Assembly: GCA_963693365.1 (NCBI GenBank)
Contig: CAVNZM010000008.1
Span: 372,001 to 436,000 of the forward strand
DNA length: 64,000 nucleotides
Source of the DNA: Amoebidium appalachense
Taxonomy: Eukaryota > Protista > Ichthyosporea
Direction: 5' to 3'
Both the position numbers and the translations under genes were made by a program. Below the pieces are notes generated by a model. That model did no database searches. It was not told the DNA's origin and saw nothing but the letters and a program-made list of their open reading frames with translations. Positions 39,241-53,155 of the stretch are shown in pieces. Each line of letters opens with the position of its first letter. The first letter of the stretch is position 1.

Positions 39241-40508
39241 GTAATTAAGTGCATAGAGCGAATATAAGTAGAAGAGAGGCGCGTGATTTGTTGTGAAGTC
39301 GCTTGGGGCATCATTAAACAGGCCAGTGAATGTTCAGTGGGCCAAAAATTATTTGCGGGGTGGGCCAGTGGCTGAGGTGGGCTAGATTGTAAACGCTGTT
39401 AGCCTGCATGACAATTCTCCAACCACATGTCGCTATGGAAAAGGTGGAGTTCGGGACATCGGAGGCCGGCCACACTTTCTAACATCCTTTAATTCTATTT
39501 AAAAAACCAAACTTGTTAGGTCTGCAAAAACAAAAACCATAAGCCATTCACTTGTTAACTTTTACAGAGCTATATAGTGCAGAATTTTGCTCGATCATCT
39601 CAGTGTACCGCCCCCCTGCGACTCAGAGTCATCTTGATTTTTTAACTTAGCCAATCACAAAACACAATGAGGCTCCACTTTTTGCCGGTGGTTTTGTTTG
39701 TGTTACGCAACAGCTCGCAGCTCACGTGCACAGTGTCACAGCCAGCCTTGTCACTTGTGGCCGCGGCCGCCGGCCGCAGCTCAGGAGCTGGCCGCCGGGC
39801 CGTGGGTTGCACACGATCAATGAAGTCACACGGTCCGTTATATGTCACAATTACCATAAGACCAATATTCCTACTTTTTTTGTTGTTTTATAAAAAGTTT
39901 ACGGCAAAAACAGAACAGTAGGCTTGTACGCGTGTCCGTTTGTGTCTGATTTGCAGTTCCACCCAAAGCGATTACGGGCCAGTGCATGGTGTTTCAAAGT
40001 TGGTGCTGCTCTTTGCCAAGGGCATGCATGGTAGCTGCCTACGTGCATCGCACATGCATTGTGTGGGCGGTATTCTAGGGGCTGCCGGCATTCTTCGGTA
40101 GTACAAGGCCTATCCGCTATCCGCTATCATGTACACGTGTATTAAAAATGGTCGCCTCGGGGGCGGCCACCGTCCTACTGGTGCCAGGCCACCAGCGCCG
40201 GGCTGGGAAGCATATGTGGCCATGTGCGAATTCGAACGGTGTTACTGGTCACTATTATGGCCAATTGTTAGTGACCACCACGTACATAATTGGCATATCA
40301 AAATTATTCCACACCTTTCATTGTGATGCATCATGACATTGTTGCGTTTGGCTTTGTCTTTGGTTTTTGTTTCTGTTTAGAAAACCGAGCGTGTAGATTG
40401 TCATGTGTGTCTTTTCTGCCGTGAGATGCATGTGTACACCCCAAGCTCCAACGATACGAGCTCTTTCCTTGTGTGCGTGTACGTGTGTATGCATGTGTGT
40501 GCGTGTGT

Positions 40509-40588
<80 letters not shown>

Positions 40589-41213
40589 TTTTTGTGTGTG
40601 TGTGGGCCCCCGCGGAGGGGAAGGGAAAAGGGGGGGGGGGGGGGGGGGGATGGGGGGGGACGAGGGGGAATGAGGGGGGAGGGGGGGGGGCTCGAGGGGC
40701 AGGGAATTGGGGGGGGGGGGGGGGGGGAGGAGAAGCTTAATTAAGCCTTGGGAGGAGGGGGGAGGGGGGGGGGGGGGGGGATCATTTCCGAGGGCAGGGG
40801 GAGGGGAAGTAATAATACACCGTATGTCAGATTCAATTTGCACTTGTGTGTGTGTATGTTCCACTGGATGCATCAGCTGTACTGGTGCGAGTGCACGTGG
40901 TTGCATTATAAGTTTGGAAGAGTGGTGCTTGTGCGTGTGATCAAAATCAATGTACTAACTAAAAATGAAATGGTGTGTAATACTATGCACGTGTGTGTGT
41001 GTGTGTGTGGACGTATGACATTGTGTGCACGTGCATGTGTCTGTGTGTTTTTTAATATAAGCGGCGTGTATGCAACAGCGTGTGTCTCATGCAACGGTGT
41101 GTGTGACTCTGTGTCTGAGGGCAGGAGGGAGTGAGGAGCTTGAACGGGGGGAGGGGGGGATGAGGTTCACGAGGATGTACACGCATGCCTCCGGGCGCGT
41201 GTACACATGTGAC

Positions 41214-41255
<42 letters not shown>

Positions 41256-41876
41256 CGCGCACGCGTGTGTGCACGTGTGTGTGTGCGTGTGTGTTGTGTG
41301 TCGGAGTCTGTGTGCATGTGTGTCTGTCTGTGCGTGCGTGTTTGCTTGCTCGCACGCGACAGTAGTATGCTTGTTTGCGTCTTTTCTGTGTGTGCAGATC
41401 TCTGCCAGCGTATCCACTGAGATGGGGCCGCCTGCTAGTAAATGTAACCCTGAGGAGCACATCGATATCATCAGGGGGTGAGGTAGAGTAGGTTGTGTGC
41501 CTGCATGTGTGTGTATTGTTGGTTCGCGACTTCCCCGATCCCCCCCCCCCCCCCCCCCCCCCCCCTTCCCTCCTCCCCACCCCTCCTCCCTCCTCCCCCC
41601 CCAAAGCCATCAAATGCCATGTGTGTTTCAGAACCATAATTTGTCGAGGGCAGGTCCAAACTGCATCTGAACATAAAAGTTTGTGCATGGTTGGGCATAC
41701 ACTTAAAACGGTTACCCGTGTGTGCGAGTACTCACTTATACCAAGTGCGGTGTACAGGCATTAAACGACATGCATCTGGGGTGGGAATCCGATGTGCATT
41801 TGGTCTAAGATTAGGGATTTTTGAATTTGAAATAGGAGGGGGGGGAGTAGTAAATATCGACGTCCCCCCTGGTGGT

Positions 41877-41910
<34 letters not shown>

Positions 41911-42075
41911 CCCCTCTCCCCCCCCCCGGCCCCCCGGACCCCTGGGCGGCATGTGCGTGATCATGGTATTAAAAAGTCTGTTTTCCACCAGCCAAAAGGT
42001 TGTCTTCGTTACTTTTTTTATTATATTTTTTGGGGAAAGAGCATTTGCCTCCGTTTTGGCTACTGACACATATTG

Positions 42076-42110
<35 letters not shown>

Positions 42111-42243
42111 CCAACACGCACACACACACACACCGCACACACATGCACGAGTCACATCCACCACACACACACACATGTGCGCGCGCGCACGCGCACGCCC
42201 ATACATGCACCGGCACACGCGCGCCTGCACGCTTGTCCGTACA

Positions 42244-42275
<32 letters not shown>

Positions 42276-43078
42276 CACACAGTGTTACACACACACTTCC
42301 CACCCGTTCGTGTGTGTGGGGGGGTGGTAATGACCGTACGGCATAGCTTGAGTTTCAGGTGATCCTATACGAACGTTAACAGCTGCAATGTTTACGTTTT
42401 GGCATTGTATGTAAACCGCTGCTGATTATAGTACTATTATGCCTCAGTTATCTGATAGGCACATGCATATGATGGCAGCCTATGGGGTGGGTGGGTCTTC
42501 TCCCCCCCACCCTACTCAGGTTACCCAGGTGGCGGGTGGCTCCCCCCCCCCCCCCCCCCCCTGTCTTGGGTCCCCCCACCCTCCCAAAAGTTACTACTAC
42601 CCCCTCCGCGTTTCAAAATCAAGAATCCCCTGCTCAAAAAAAGTTCATTAAGCGTGTTTGGTTTAAATCAAACAGTGTCCCGACCACTCTCTAAGGTTCC
42701 GCATCATAGCGCCTCCGCTTGTCTGCTCTCCCATAAGACTAAATGGATCCGACCCAGGCACCAGAAGTGCACTGATACCTGATACGTGTACATGCTACGG
42801 TAACCACAGTTGCACTTATACCTGCAGGCATACATGCTGCAACACTTGCACCAAACTGTTCCTCCAAGCACCCTGCAGGCTGAAACCTTTGTCTGAGCTG
42901 CCGGTTATTCCTGCTTTTCGTGCTATAAAGGTAGACGGACACACCTAATTTATTCAATCATCTTCATAGGCTAGAGTACTAATAATTAATCACAAATTCC
43001 TTGCGAAAACGATTCTTGATCAACCATTAACTGACTAATCAAGCCAGCAACATGAGGAATTCTGTCATGCATATATAA

Positions 43079-43111
<33 letters not shown>

Positions 43112-43390
43112 CACACACACACACACACGTTGGCGCCACCAATGTTATACACACACAGGAACACCCAATAACAGACATCATTCATTCACTAGACGTTCAC
43201 TTGAAAAGAAAATTTTCTTCTGTTTCACTGGTATTACATTATTATGCTAACCTACATATTGTGCTACTATGTTATAACGCAAACCTACAGATTGTGCTGT
43301 TACGGTTATAATGCTATCCTATAGACTGAAGTGCTATTACATCCTGATGTAAACCTATAATGCCCAAAAATGAGGTACCCTAATGCCCCG

Positions 43391-46260
43391 TCACACGTCC
43401 GCGTCCGATTGGTCCATTATCATCTGCACATACTCATCGACCCCATCCTCCAGGGTTACCAATTTGCCTCCTCTCACGGCATAGAAATCCGTGCCGACCT
43501 CTGCCATCAACAGTCTGTCGTGGGACACCAATACGACCCCCCCTGCAAATTCGCTCAGCGCCATGGCGAGGGCCTGCACACTGTTCAGATCGAGGTGGTT
43601 TGTGGGCTCATCGAGCAGCAGGATGTGAGGGGGGGTCCATGTGAGTGCCGCCAGCACCGCGCGAACTTTCTGCCCACCGCTAAGCAGATTTACAGGCTGT
43701 GTGGCCAAAGACCCCTTGATCCCAAATTTCCCCAAGTGCGCCCGCAATTCTTGCTCCTTGACCGCCGGTGCAGCTGCCTGCAGATGGGCCAGAGACGAAG
43801 TAGCGGGGTCTAGGGTGTCCACGAGGTGTTGGGAGAAAAATGCAACGCGCAGTAGGCGGTGGGTGGTGACGGTGCCCTTGAGGGGGGGCAAAAGGCCGGC
43901 AATGGTACTGAGCACGGTGGATTTGCCCCCCCCGTTTTCACCCATGATGCAGATGCGGGACGACATGTCCACATCCAAAGTCACATCACTGACCACCCCC
44001 ACCCCGTTGTCGTAGCTGCAGCAAAAGAGAGTCAGTTGGGGGGGGTGTGGAAGGGGGGAGGGGGGAGGGGGGATGGGAGCGACAAGGGCAGCGGTGGGAG
44101 GGGGGGAGGGGGGTTTCGTGGTGGTGGCAGTGTGAGAGTGTGAAGCCAGCGGGCCAGAGGAGGGGATGGGGAGGGAAGAGGGGAAAGAAGGATCACCTCC
44201 CTCCTCAGAGTATTTTAAAATGAATCTCAGTATTATTCTTAGCCGTGAGATGCACACGAACAAACACAGTAACACAACTTATAGGGACACACATAAGACA
44301 ACGCTAGAAAGGATAAGCAGGAGCGGGAGAAGGAAAGACAAGTGGATGCATGTGTGGGGCATGCACCTACTTGAGTGTGCAAATGGGCAGTTGGCAGAAA
44401 GGTCAGGTTGGTTCAGCATAACTCTCACGGGGGGGGGGGGGGGGGGGGGGGGGGGGAGAGGGGGGGGAGGGGGGGGAGGGTTGAAGGACAGTAATTGCAA
44501 GGTTCGGCCAGGTGCACGTTCAACGCTGCAAGCACGAAATGCATGTGTGCACGCATATTTGGGTGCATTGATCTTTGCATGGCCCACATGGGTGCACACA
44601 GTGTTCACATACCCAGCCGTGACGTCATCGAGCTGCAGCAAGGGCCCGTAGTAGCCCAGGCTGTCGCCTACAGGTAGATTCCACACCACCTCCTTGTCCG
44701 GTGCCTCCACCACCACATCCTGTCTGGCCTTGAGGTGCTTGCCTGCTAGGTCCCTGTTGAGCTTAAACCGCGTACCCTTTGCACTGCGCTCCAGCCCCAT
44801 GCGGTTCTCTAGTTTCTTGCGACGACTGGCAACCTGCATGTGGAAGAGCAAGGAAGGGGGGGGGGGGGGGGGGGGGGGGGCGGGGGGGAGGGGGGGGGGG
44901 GAATAAGTTATGATGGAGGGAAAAGGAGAGTGTGTGCGCCAGTGTGGGTCGGTGGGTTGTTGGGTGGGTGGATGTGCGTGAGTTGGGTGGGTGGGCGGGG
45001 GAAGGGGGGAGGGGGAGAGGGGGGAGGAGGGGAGGGGGGAGGGGGGGATGGTGTGAGTGTACGTACGTATGTGTGTGTGTGTATGGTGGCGGTAGTGGTT
45101 GGGGGAAAGAGGGGACAGGAGGGCAAAAAGTTAGCGCCCACACAAAGACACGTATAGCTACACTCCATCGGATCTGCTGCTGCACGGACAAGCAAGGGTC
45201 TGGCACTTGCATAATGCACACAGGCACACAATCTCACACAACGAAACACACACATGCACACACACACATGCAGCGCACAAACACACAGCTCAATCCCTGT
45301 GCATCACGTACACCCAGATCCGATCCAATTGCACGACCTATCACCGAATCTTACCGCTATCCCCCCCCCCCCCCCCCCTCTCCCCCTCCCCCTCTCCTGC
45401 TTGCAACCCCTCTCTTGACATATACACATACTACTTCACACTTGTTCTCATCCCCCTTGTTCGCATCATTGCTTTCCCGCCCCCTCTTACCTGCTTTGCA
45501 GTGACTCGTGCGCACAGATGAAGTACTCCAGGGGCACACATACACATAGATGGTCTATTCCTGTATCCCCCCCCACCCCACCCCCCATTCGCTAACATTC
45601 TGCCCTCATGACTTCCCCTCCCCCTCCCCCCCCCCCCCCCCCCCTTCCAAAAAAAAAATACACAAAAAAACACCACTACCCCCCCCCCCCTCCTTTTACC
45701 CCCCCCCCCCCCCCCCCTCCCGCCTCTCACTTGTGCCCACATGCCCCACCCCGTGTGCACGTGCATGCTATATGCACCTGCTTGAGCCGCCTGTCATCGC
45801 CAGACTCCCTGGCCTTTTTGAGCATCCAATCAATACTCTTCTGGATCTGCTCCTTGCGCCTCTCAATGCTCTCAGCTAGCCGTGCCCTGCTCAGCGCCAC
45901 CTCCTCCACCACCCCCTCAAATGTGTCGTAGTCCCCCACATAGTAGCGCAGCTGCAAGTGCGTGAAGTGGATCACATCTGTTGCTATGGCGTTCAGAAAC
46001 CGCCGGTCATGAGACACCACCACAAGGATTGAGAAATCTCCGCGCTCGGCCCCGGCCAGCAGCCACTTCTCGAGCCACAGCACTGCCCGCATGTCCAGGT
46101 GGTTTGTGGGCTCATCTAGCATTAGCAGCTCGGGCCCGGCAAACAGTGCACGTGCAAGGGCTGTGCGCATGCGCCAACCCCCCGAAAGAGAGGATGTCCG
46201 CTCGTCGCACATCTGTGTGTGGCTGAACCCGAGGCCTGTGTGTGTGTGTTCGTGTGTGTG

Positions 46261-46303
<43 letters not shown>

Positions 46304-46477
46304 GGGAGAGGAGTGGGATGCGGCATGAGCCATGTGAGCAAAGAAGACAAGTGCATGTGGAAGCAAATCTTCTTAGAATCAATTATTGGGGGGCAAGAGA
46401 GAGTGCCGTGGGGTAAATTTGTGAGCAGAGTTAGGATGTAGTGAAGAGAAACAGGGGGGAGGGGAGGGGGGGGGGGG

Positions 46478-46513
<36 letters not shown>

Positions 46514-46833
46514 AAGAGAGAGAGAAAGAAAAGAGACCACCCTACTCACCACCATCACCACCCGGTTGCCCCTTCTCCCCCCCCCCCCCCCCCCCCCCCC
46601 CCTCCCCCCCTCCCCCCGGCCCCCGCGGCCGTCAAAAAAATGAAATAATTTTTATCTTATTTTTTTATATTACTGACAGCAACGGGCATCATCTTGGTAT
46701 TATTCTGCCAGTCATAATGCAAACAGTAGACTACAGGCACAAAACAACACCCACCCTCAACCTGTTGCCATTGAGCAGTAAATTCATGCCTACCCAGCAA
46801 CTCCCATCTGGGGCTCTTCCGGGGCTCTCCCCC

Positions 46834-46864
<31 letters not shown>

Positions 46865-48539
46865 TTCGCCCCGCCCCCACCCACTCAACACCTCCTCCTT
46901 CTACCTCCCTCCCTCCCCCTCCCTCCCTCCCCCCCCCCCCCCCCCTCCACCCCGCCCCACCCACTGAGCACCTCCTCCTCCATCTCCTCCATCACCCCCC
47001 CCCCCCCCCACCCACCCTGCCATTCACCTGCGAGGATGGTCGCGGCCTTACTGCGTGCCTCCTCAGCTCCCCCCTTCAGCCGTAGGCTCTCTCTAATCTC
47101 CAAGAGCATTCCGGCTGCCTCCTGCGCTGCATCCCCAATGCTCACTTTCTCTCCGGCCTCCGCACGTGCCAGCATCTCTCTGGCCTCTTCCGCTGCTGTT
47201 TCCGCCTGCTTCCACACACCACGGGCGGCATGACCGCGTGTGCGGGACAGCCTGTCTGCGGTGTTGTGTGTCTGCACCTCGAGGGCGTCTGCCCTGTGTG
47301 CCCTGTAGCCCAGCACGGCCAGCTCGACCTGTCCCCACCGTCAGCATGCTGCAGTGTGCCCCCACCCTGCTGCCGTGGCCTGTCTAGTCCCTCCGCCGGG
47401 TCCAAACCCCTACAGAAGCTCCCTTTACCTCGCAAGGCTGCCTGTGCATGTTCAGATCTCCCTTAAGCTTGAGATTTCAGATTTCAAGTTCAACGTACGC
47501 AGCCTCGCCCCTCCCTTCTCCCCCCCCCCCCCTCCCCCCTGTCCTCCCCCCCCCCCCCCCCTCCCCCTCCCACCCTCTTGCCCTCTACTACTGCCATACC
47601 AACTGGCCCTACCCATCCCACCCATACGACCCCCCCCCCCCCTCCCCCTCCCCCCCCCCCTCCCCCCCCCCCCCCCCCCCCATCTCAACGCACCGCATCA
47701 CTGCAGCCGCTGTCCAGGGCGTGCTGCAGGCGCTGCTCCCACTCCAGCAGGTGGCCCAGCTCGCTGTCTGCGCCCAGCACGGTCTCCAGGGCCGTGCGCT
47801 GGTCCCCGGCGTCCTCCTGGTCGACCAGCAGCGTGCGCAGGTGCGGGCCCAGCAGCTTGCCGCCCGTCAGCGTGCGCAGCAGCGTGGTCTTGCCCACCCC
47901 GTTGCTGCCCAGCAGCGCATAGCGCCGCCCCGCCTGCAGCCGTATGTCCGCCCCCTGCAGTAGCTCCTGCCCGCTTATCTCGATACCCACGTTGCGCACG
48001 TCAATGTCCCGCCTGCGTGCCGTCTGCGCGTCCAGGTCCGCCCAGAACCGGCTGACCGCCCATGTCACCGTCACCTCCGCCTCCCGTGCCGCCACACCGC
48101 CCTGCGCCTTGCCCTTGCTCTGCCGCTTTGGCCGTGCCTTGCGCCCACCCGGGGCTGGGCTCTCTGGGCGGCTGGGGGGTTTGCTGCCCACCTGCTCTCC
48201 CTCTGCCGTGTCCGTGCCTGTGCCCACACCTGCAGCCATGTGTATGCTGCTGCTGAGCTTCTGGGGCCCGCTCGCTGTGCTCTGGGCCGGCGCCTTGCCT
48301 GCCGCTGCTGGCTGCTGCGGGCATATTGCAGCCAGCCGCGCGCACAGGGCATCCAGTTCATCCTCCTGGACACCTGCGTCCAGCAGAATAGGGCCTACAT
48401 TGTCCTTCAGGCTGGTGCCCTCTGCGGTTGCATCCTGCACCGTGGCCACCAAATACGAGAGGAGGTCCTCGTCGAGCTGCTCTACACTGCCACGCAGCAC
48501 CCCCTCAAGCTGCTGGCGGCTGCCTTCTGCGTCTGCCAT
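43391..48539 (-). CDS. ABC-F family ATPase (ABCF3/GCN20-like), two NBDs, no TM domain
   Basis: Exons 48539-47694, 47328-47028, 46235-45778, 44833-44613, 44015-43391. Walker A GSNGVGKT and GENGGGKST, signatures LSGGW and LSGGQ, two LDEPTNHLD and two VSHDR motifs. Confidence 0.93.
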
Positions 48540-48994
48540 GAACTCTCCTTTAAATTTAACCGCGGAAAATTTCACGTTCATACACCAAATATGGCTGTGG
48601 GAAAGCCTCTGCGCGTGTTTTGCAGTTATTTGCAGGAACTGTCTCACGGTTTCAGTCTGTCTGTCGACCTGCGGCGTTTCTGGAAGCTCTTTATACAAAT
48701 CTCCGGAGCCATCAACCAGCTATGATTGGTGGAAAGTTTTAGGCGCGAACCCACCACCAATCAGAGCACATTTTAGGCGGTTACGCAACAAGGTCACAGC
48801 CAATCGTGTGCCATGGAGCTGGCTCTGAGCCATATTTGGCTATGAAATCTCCCCATACTCGCATTATAGATCGTGGGTGTCGAAAATTCACTCTCTTTTT
48901 CAAAAGAAAAGCTTCTATAGTATAAATAAAACCTTTCGATTGATTAAATGCTCCTGGCTTACATTTTACAATTAGCTACACCAACATAAAATGA

Positions 48995-49137
48995 AAAAGT
49001 ACTATTTATGAGCATGTATTACCATTTATCAAAGTTAAAGGTTTTATTGACGAATGACGGTGACCAAAAAGTACTATTTATGAGCATGTATTACCATTTA
49101 TCAAAGTTAAAGGTCTTATTGACGAATGACGGTGACC
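48995..49137. repeat. 72-bp tandem duplication
   Basis: AAAAGTACTATTTATGAGC…GACGGTGACC occurs twice, with one mismatch. Confidence 0.9.
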
Positions 49138-49617
49138 GTGTTATAACTTATTGTTTTGCTTTTAATGAAAATATGTTTTTCGGGGGTGCAGATCCTCTGG
49201 AGGCACTCCCGGCACAGCTGATCACTCCGGCATGAACACGCGTGCTGTGGAGTCATTCTGAGACGGGCTGTCCGACTCCCTAGGCCTGCGGCCTCTCTAA
49301 ACTAATGTTCATATATAACATGCCTTGTATGCCGCAGGCAACATACAAGGACCTGGTATGTTAGAGAGGCCGCAGGGAGACAGCACTCACTGACTCAGCC
49401 GTGCACATCACGGCCGGCTCGCGCTGGAAGTTCGAACGTGCGGTCATGAGGTGCAGATCACACGTGCCCCAAAAGACGCAATTTGCACAGACGTGCAGCG
49501 CAGGGCCTATCCCTCCATGCTAATGCTATAACCACTACAAAAGAGATCTTGCACATCCAACACTTATACAGTCAGCACAGCCACCACTTATACGGTCACT
49601 TCTCATGATACTGTCAC

Positions 49618-49882
49618 TAGAGGCGGGGCTTGGACCCGAGCCGACCTGATCCGACTTTCCCCCAGACCCGGTGTACCGTGTCCGGCCAAAGAGGGTGGTG
49701 AGGAGGGGGTAGGGAGGGGGGGAGTGTTAGGGAGGTCGGTCGGCTGGGCCGCCGTGGCGGGCCCCTGGGCTGAGGCACATAGTTATATAGACCCGACCTG
49801 GTAGACCCGTTTTAGACCTGTCGGGAGTCAGACCCGATCCGACTCGACCCGTTTCTGTTTTTACGGACCCGCCCCGCCCCTG
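49618..49882. mobile_element. Possible hAT-like MITE remnant
   Basis: Ends TAGAGGCGGGGC and GCCCCGCCCCTG form a 10/12 inverted match, with many internal GACCCG motifs. No 8-bp TSD was found. Confidence 0.3.
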
Positions 49883-50324
49883 CCGCCCGGCCCGGTAACT
49901 CGGTGACACCGGCGCGGCCGCGGCGGCCCCGCCGCCCCGGCGGCAGCGCTGGCGCGGCGGCCCGGGATTGCCGGCGTGGGACATATGCCAGTGCTATGCT
50001 AAGTCTCTCTAACAAAAAAATACTATTGGGGGGTTAAGTTATTAGTCAAGCTACATATGCATAATATTTCATACCGTTTTGCTGACGTAAGTCTCAGATG
50101 CAAAGACAGTATTTAACTGTTACAATTATTGGATTCCGCGACAGATAACGATGATTGTGTAACTTCTTTTGTTCAAATGCATAATATGCACGGCATCTCA
50201 GGCTATGTAAGTTACAGTACATGTGCAGTGAACACCTGCTGGTCGCTTGTTAGTTAACGAAAACCATATAAGCATATATATAGCTACAAAAGGGACCCGG
50301 TGGAACTGCAGGGGTAACGGGGGG

Positions 50325-50395
<71 letters not shown>

Positions 50396-51251
50396 GAGGG
50401 GGGGAGGGGCGGGGAGGGAGGGGGAACTTCAAGGGGGGCCGGGGGGTTAAAGGTATGGTATAGGTGGCATAAAATATAGCAGTTGCTGTCCCCCAGCGGC
50501 AATGCCTTTTGGCCGATCTGGGTATGCGCTTGGTTGAACCTATATTGCACCCATGTTCGATCGAGCCTCGAGCTCTGGCTGGGGACTTGATTTTATTTAG
50601 GCAGTCTGCTCGGGCTGACCTATAATTATGTCCGGCTAGTCTACGTAGCATGACGTAGACGCCAGCTGCAGACTTGCTACACAAGAAAAGGTAAGAAAAC
50701 CTTATCAGAGTGGAGTTCAAGTGGCTTGCAACTCCATTCCAGAAGGTTTTATATGTGTATGGGGTTTACGCTGTTTACTCGAGGCAAAGAGGTATCTGCA
50801 CGTGCACGCGCACGTGTATGCATGCACATGTGTATTTGTGTGTGCACAAAATGTGTGTGTTCACCTGGGGCTGCCATCATGCATGCTAATTAGCACCATA
50901 CCGGACAGTGTACACAAGATGTATGCATGTACCTGCGGCTACACATGTATGCTGCATGCATAGTCGCACGCGTGCATGCATGCTATATAGTGCACGTGCA
51001 CATGCATGCAGATGTACATGTGTACAGTATGCACATGAGCGCGTGCGTGCATGCATATATAGTGCACGTGCACATGCATGCTTGTGTGCACGTGCGCGCG
51101 GCATGTGTAATGCATTCATAGTTGCTGCATACAGGGTCTTCGCGATATTATCACTACCTGAAACAGTCACCTCGGAGGGGGGGTCGGAGGGTGATTATAT
51201 CGGGATGTGAAATTATCGGGTTGTGCTAGGGGGACAGTAATTAAGAGAGGG

Positions 51252-51510
51252 TTAGGGGGGATTTGTTTGCGCAAACACAGCACATGGGTTGCGTACGCTT
51301 GCCCTCCGAAGGTTTTTCTGCTCCAAAACGGCAGGCGAGGCTGTCTTGGCCTTATCAAGGATCTTTTTCTTTGTTGCGGGATTCACCAGCTTGGTCACAG
51401 TCGAGCGGTCAATGCCAAACGCGTTGCACACACTGTCGTGCTTCTCTTCATTACCCACACGATGAATGATCGCGATTTTGTCTTTCAGAGGCAGAGGACG
51501 GCCAAACGGT
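51252..51510 (-). pseudogene. CENP-B/pogo-type N-terminal HTH fragment (probable transposase remnant)
   Basis: RPLPLKDKIAIIHRVGNEEKHDSVCNAFGIDRSTVTKLV resembles the CENP-B_N/psq HTH. The frame closes soon after and no DDE domain is visible. Confidence 0.55.
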
Positions 51511-51899
51511 TTGCATGGTCGATAGTATGCCCGGGTACGCACATCATGCATGCAAATGTCTACATGATGCACGTGCAGCCGCATGCATGCAATGCCATAC
51601 CACGGGCAGATGCACATGCATGCATGTGCACGTGCAGGTGGCCACCACAGCTGCAGGCGTAAATACTACATGCATATGTGTACATGCATGCAAGTGCACA
51701 CGTACGCAGATACATGTACACATCATGCATGCACGTGCACCTGCATAAACACATGCATGCATGGTACGTGCAGACTCTATGTGTGCATGCACGTGCAAGC
51801 TGCATGCACATGCATTCCTATGCACCCACTTAGTCTATTATAGCATGTGCACCACGTGCAGATATACACATACATGCATGCATGTACATGTGCACGTGC

Positions 51900-52415
51900 A
51901 GGTGGTCACGTGATTATCTTGATGTATGTGCACGTGCACGTGTGTACACAGAGATCACGTGACGACATGCAGCTACTACACCTCCCACGTGCACACGCAT
52001 GCCTGCAGCTGCACATATGGTCACGTGATCTCCCACGTGCACACTTGCACCTGCACGTGCACATGTATGCATGCCTGCTGCAGCTGCAATGCACATAGTA
52101 TACGTGCACGGGCGGATCCGGAAATCACGTGCACGTGACCATTATGCAGCTGCAGGCATGCGTGTGCACGTGGGAGGTCACGTGACCATATGTACAGCTG
52201 CAGGCATGCATGTGCACGCGTGGGAAGTCACGTGACCATAATACGTGCAGCCGCAGGCATGCACGTGTGCACGTGTGGGAGATCACGTGACCATACAGCT
52301 GCAGGCATGCATGCATAACATTGCATGTGCATGTGTGGGAGGTCACGTGACCATATGCAGCTGCAGGCATGCACCTGCACGTGTGGGAGGCCACGACCAT
52401 ATGCAGCAGCAGGCA
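51900..52415. repeat. Foldback array of tandem units in inverted orientation
   Basis: ATGCCTGCAGCTGCACATATGGTCACGTGATCTCCCAC on the left versus GTGGGAGGTCACGTGACCATA…CAGCTGCAGGCAT repeated on the right, centred near 52110. Confidence 0.7.
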
Positions 52416-53155
52416 TCAAATTGCAAATGACTCTGCCCACGGTGCATTCATGTGGACTAGGCCCGGGCCTCCCGCGTCATGACCACATGCATGCATAGTA
52501 CGTACACTACGGGAAGGGTGCATCGATCATGACAACGTGCACGACCGACCTGGGCCGATACTCCTCGATATGTACGAGGTTGGCCATGGCCACACTTGAG
52601 CACCAGAGAATATTCAAAAATGTTGTTTTAGGGCAAAAACTAGCCAGAAATGCGTGGATTTGCGTCCCTTCCGTCAAAAGTATACCGGGCCGGATTGCCC
52701 CAGAGCAGAACCAATCGTTTTTCTCATGTTTACTTAGCTTGATTCATCAAGCACTATTTAGAGTGTATTCTAGGGCAATCATTGGTTGAAATAGTGTTTC
52801 TAACAATGATAGCCCATTGGGTGAGCTCCTTTGGTATATAAGGAGCGAACTCCTACTAGTCGTTAGCTCATTTCCCAACGTCGCACCCACTTCACGCGAC
52901 GTTTTTGGCGAGAGCTCGGTTTAGGTTGCAGTCCCCTTCGCACACTTAGATCTAAATAAGCTACGGTAGGTGGCAGAACTTGTCACCCTAAATCCTCGCC
53001 TAGCATGGAGAACGCTGCCTTCAACCTGTATAGCGCCGAGGTTCGCAGGCTCTTTCCGGCTGATAACCACAACAAGGAGGAGTCGGACGAGCAGCGGTGT
53101 GAGCGCCTTCGGCAAACTTGGAACCCGCAGCAAAACGTGCTACGACTCACCCGCG

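Noticed and set aside
48540-48698. N-terminal extension of the ABCF ORF in the track
   Set aside because: It starts at TTG in AT-richer, promoter-adjacent sequence; the ATG at 48539, where coding-like GC content begins, is the more plausible start.
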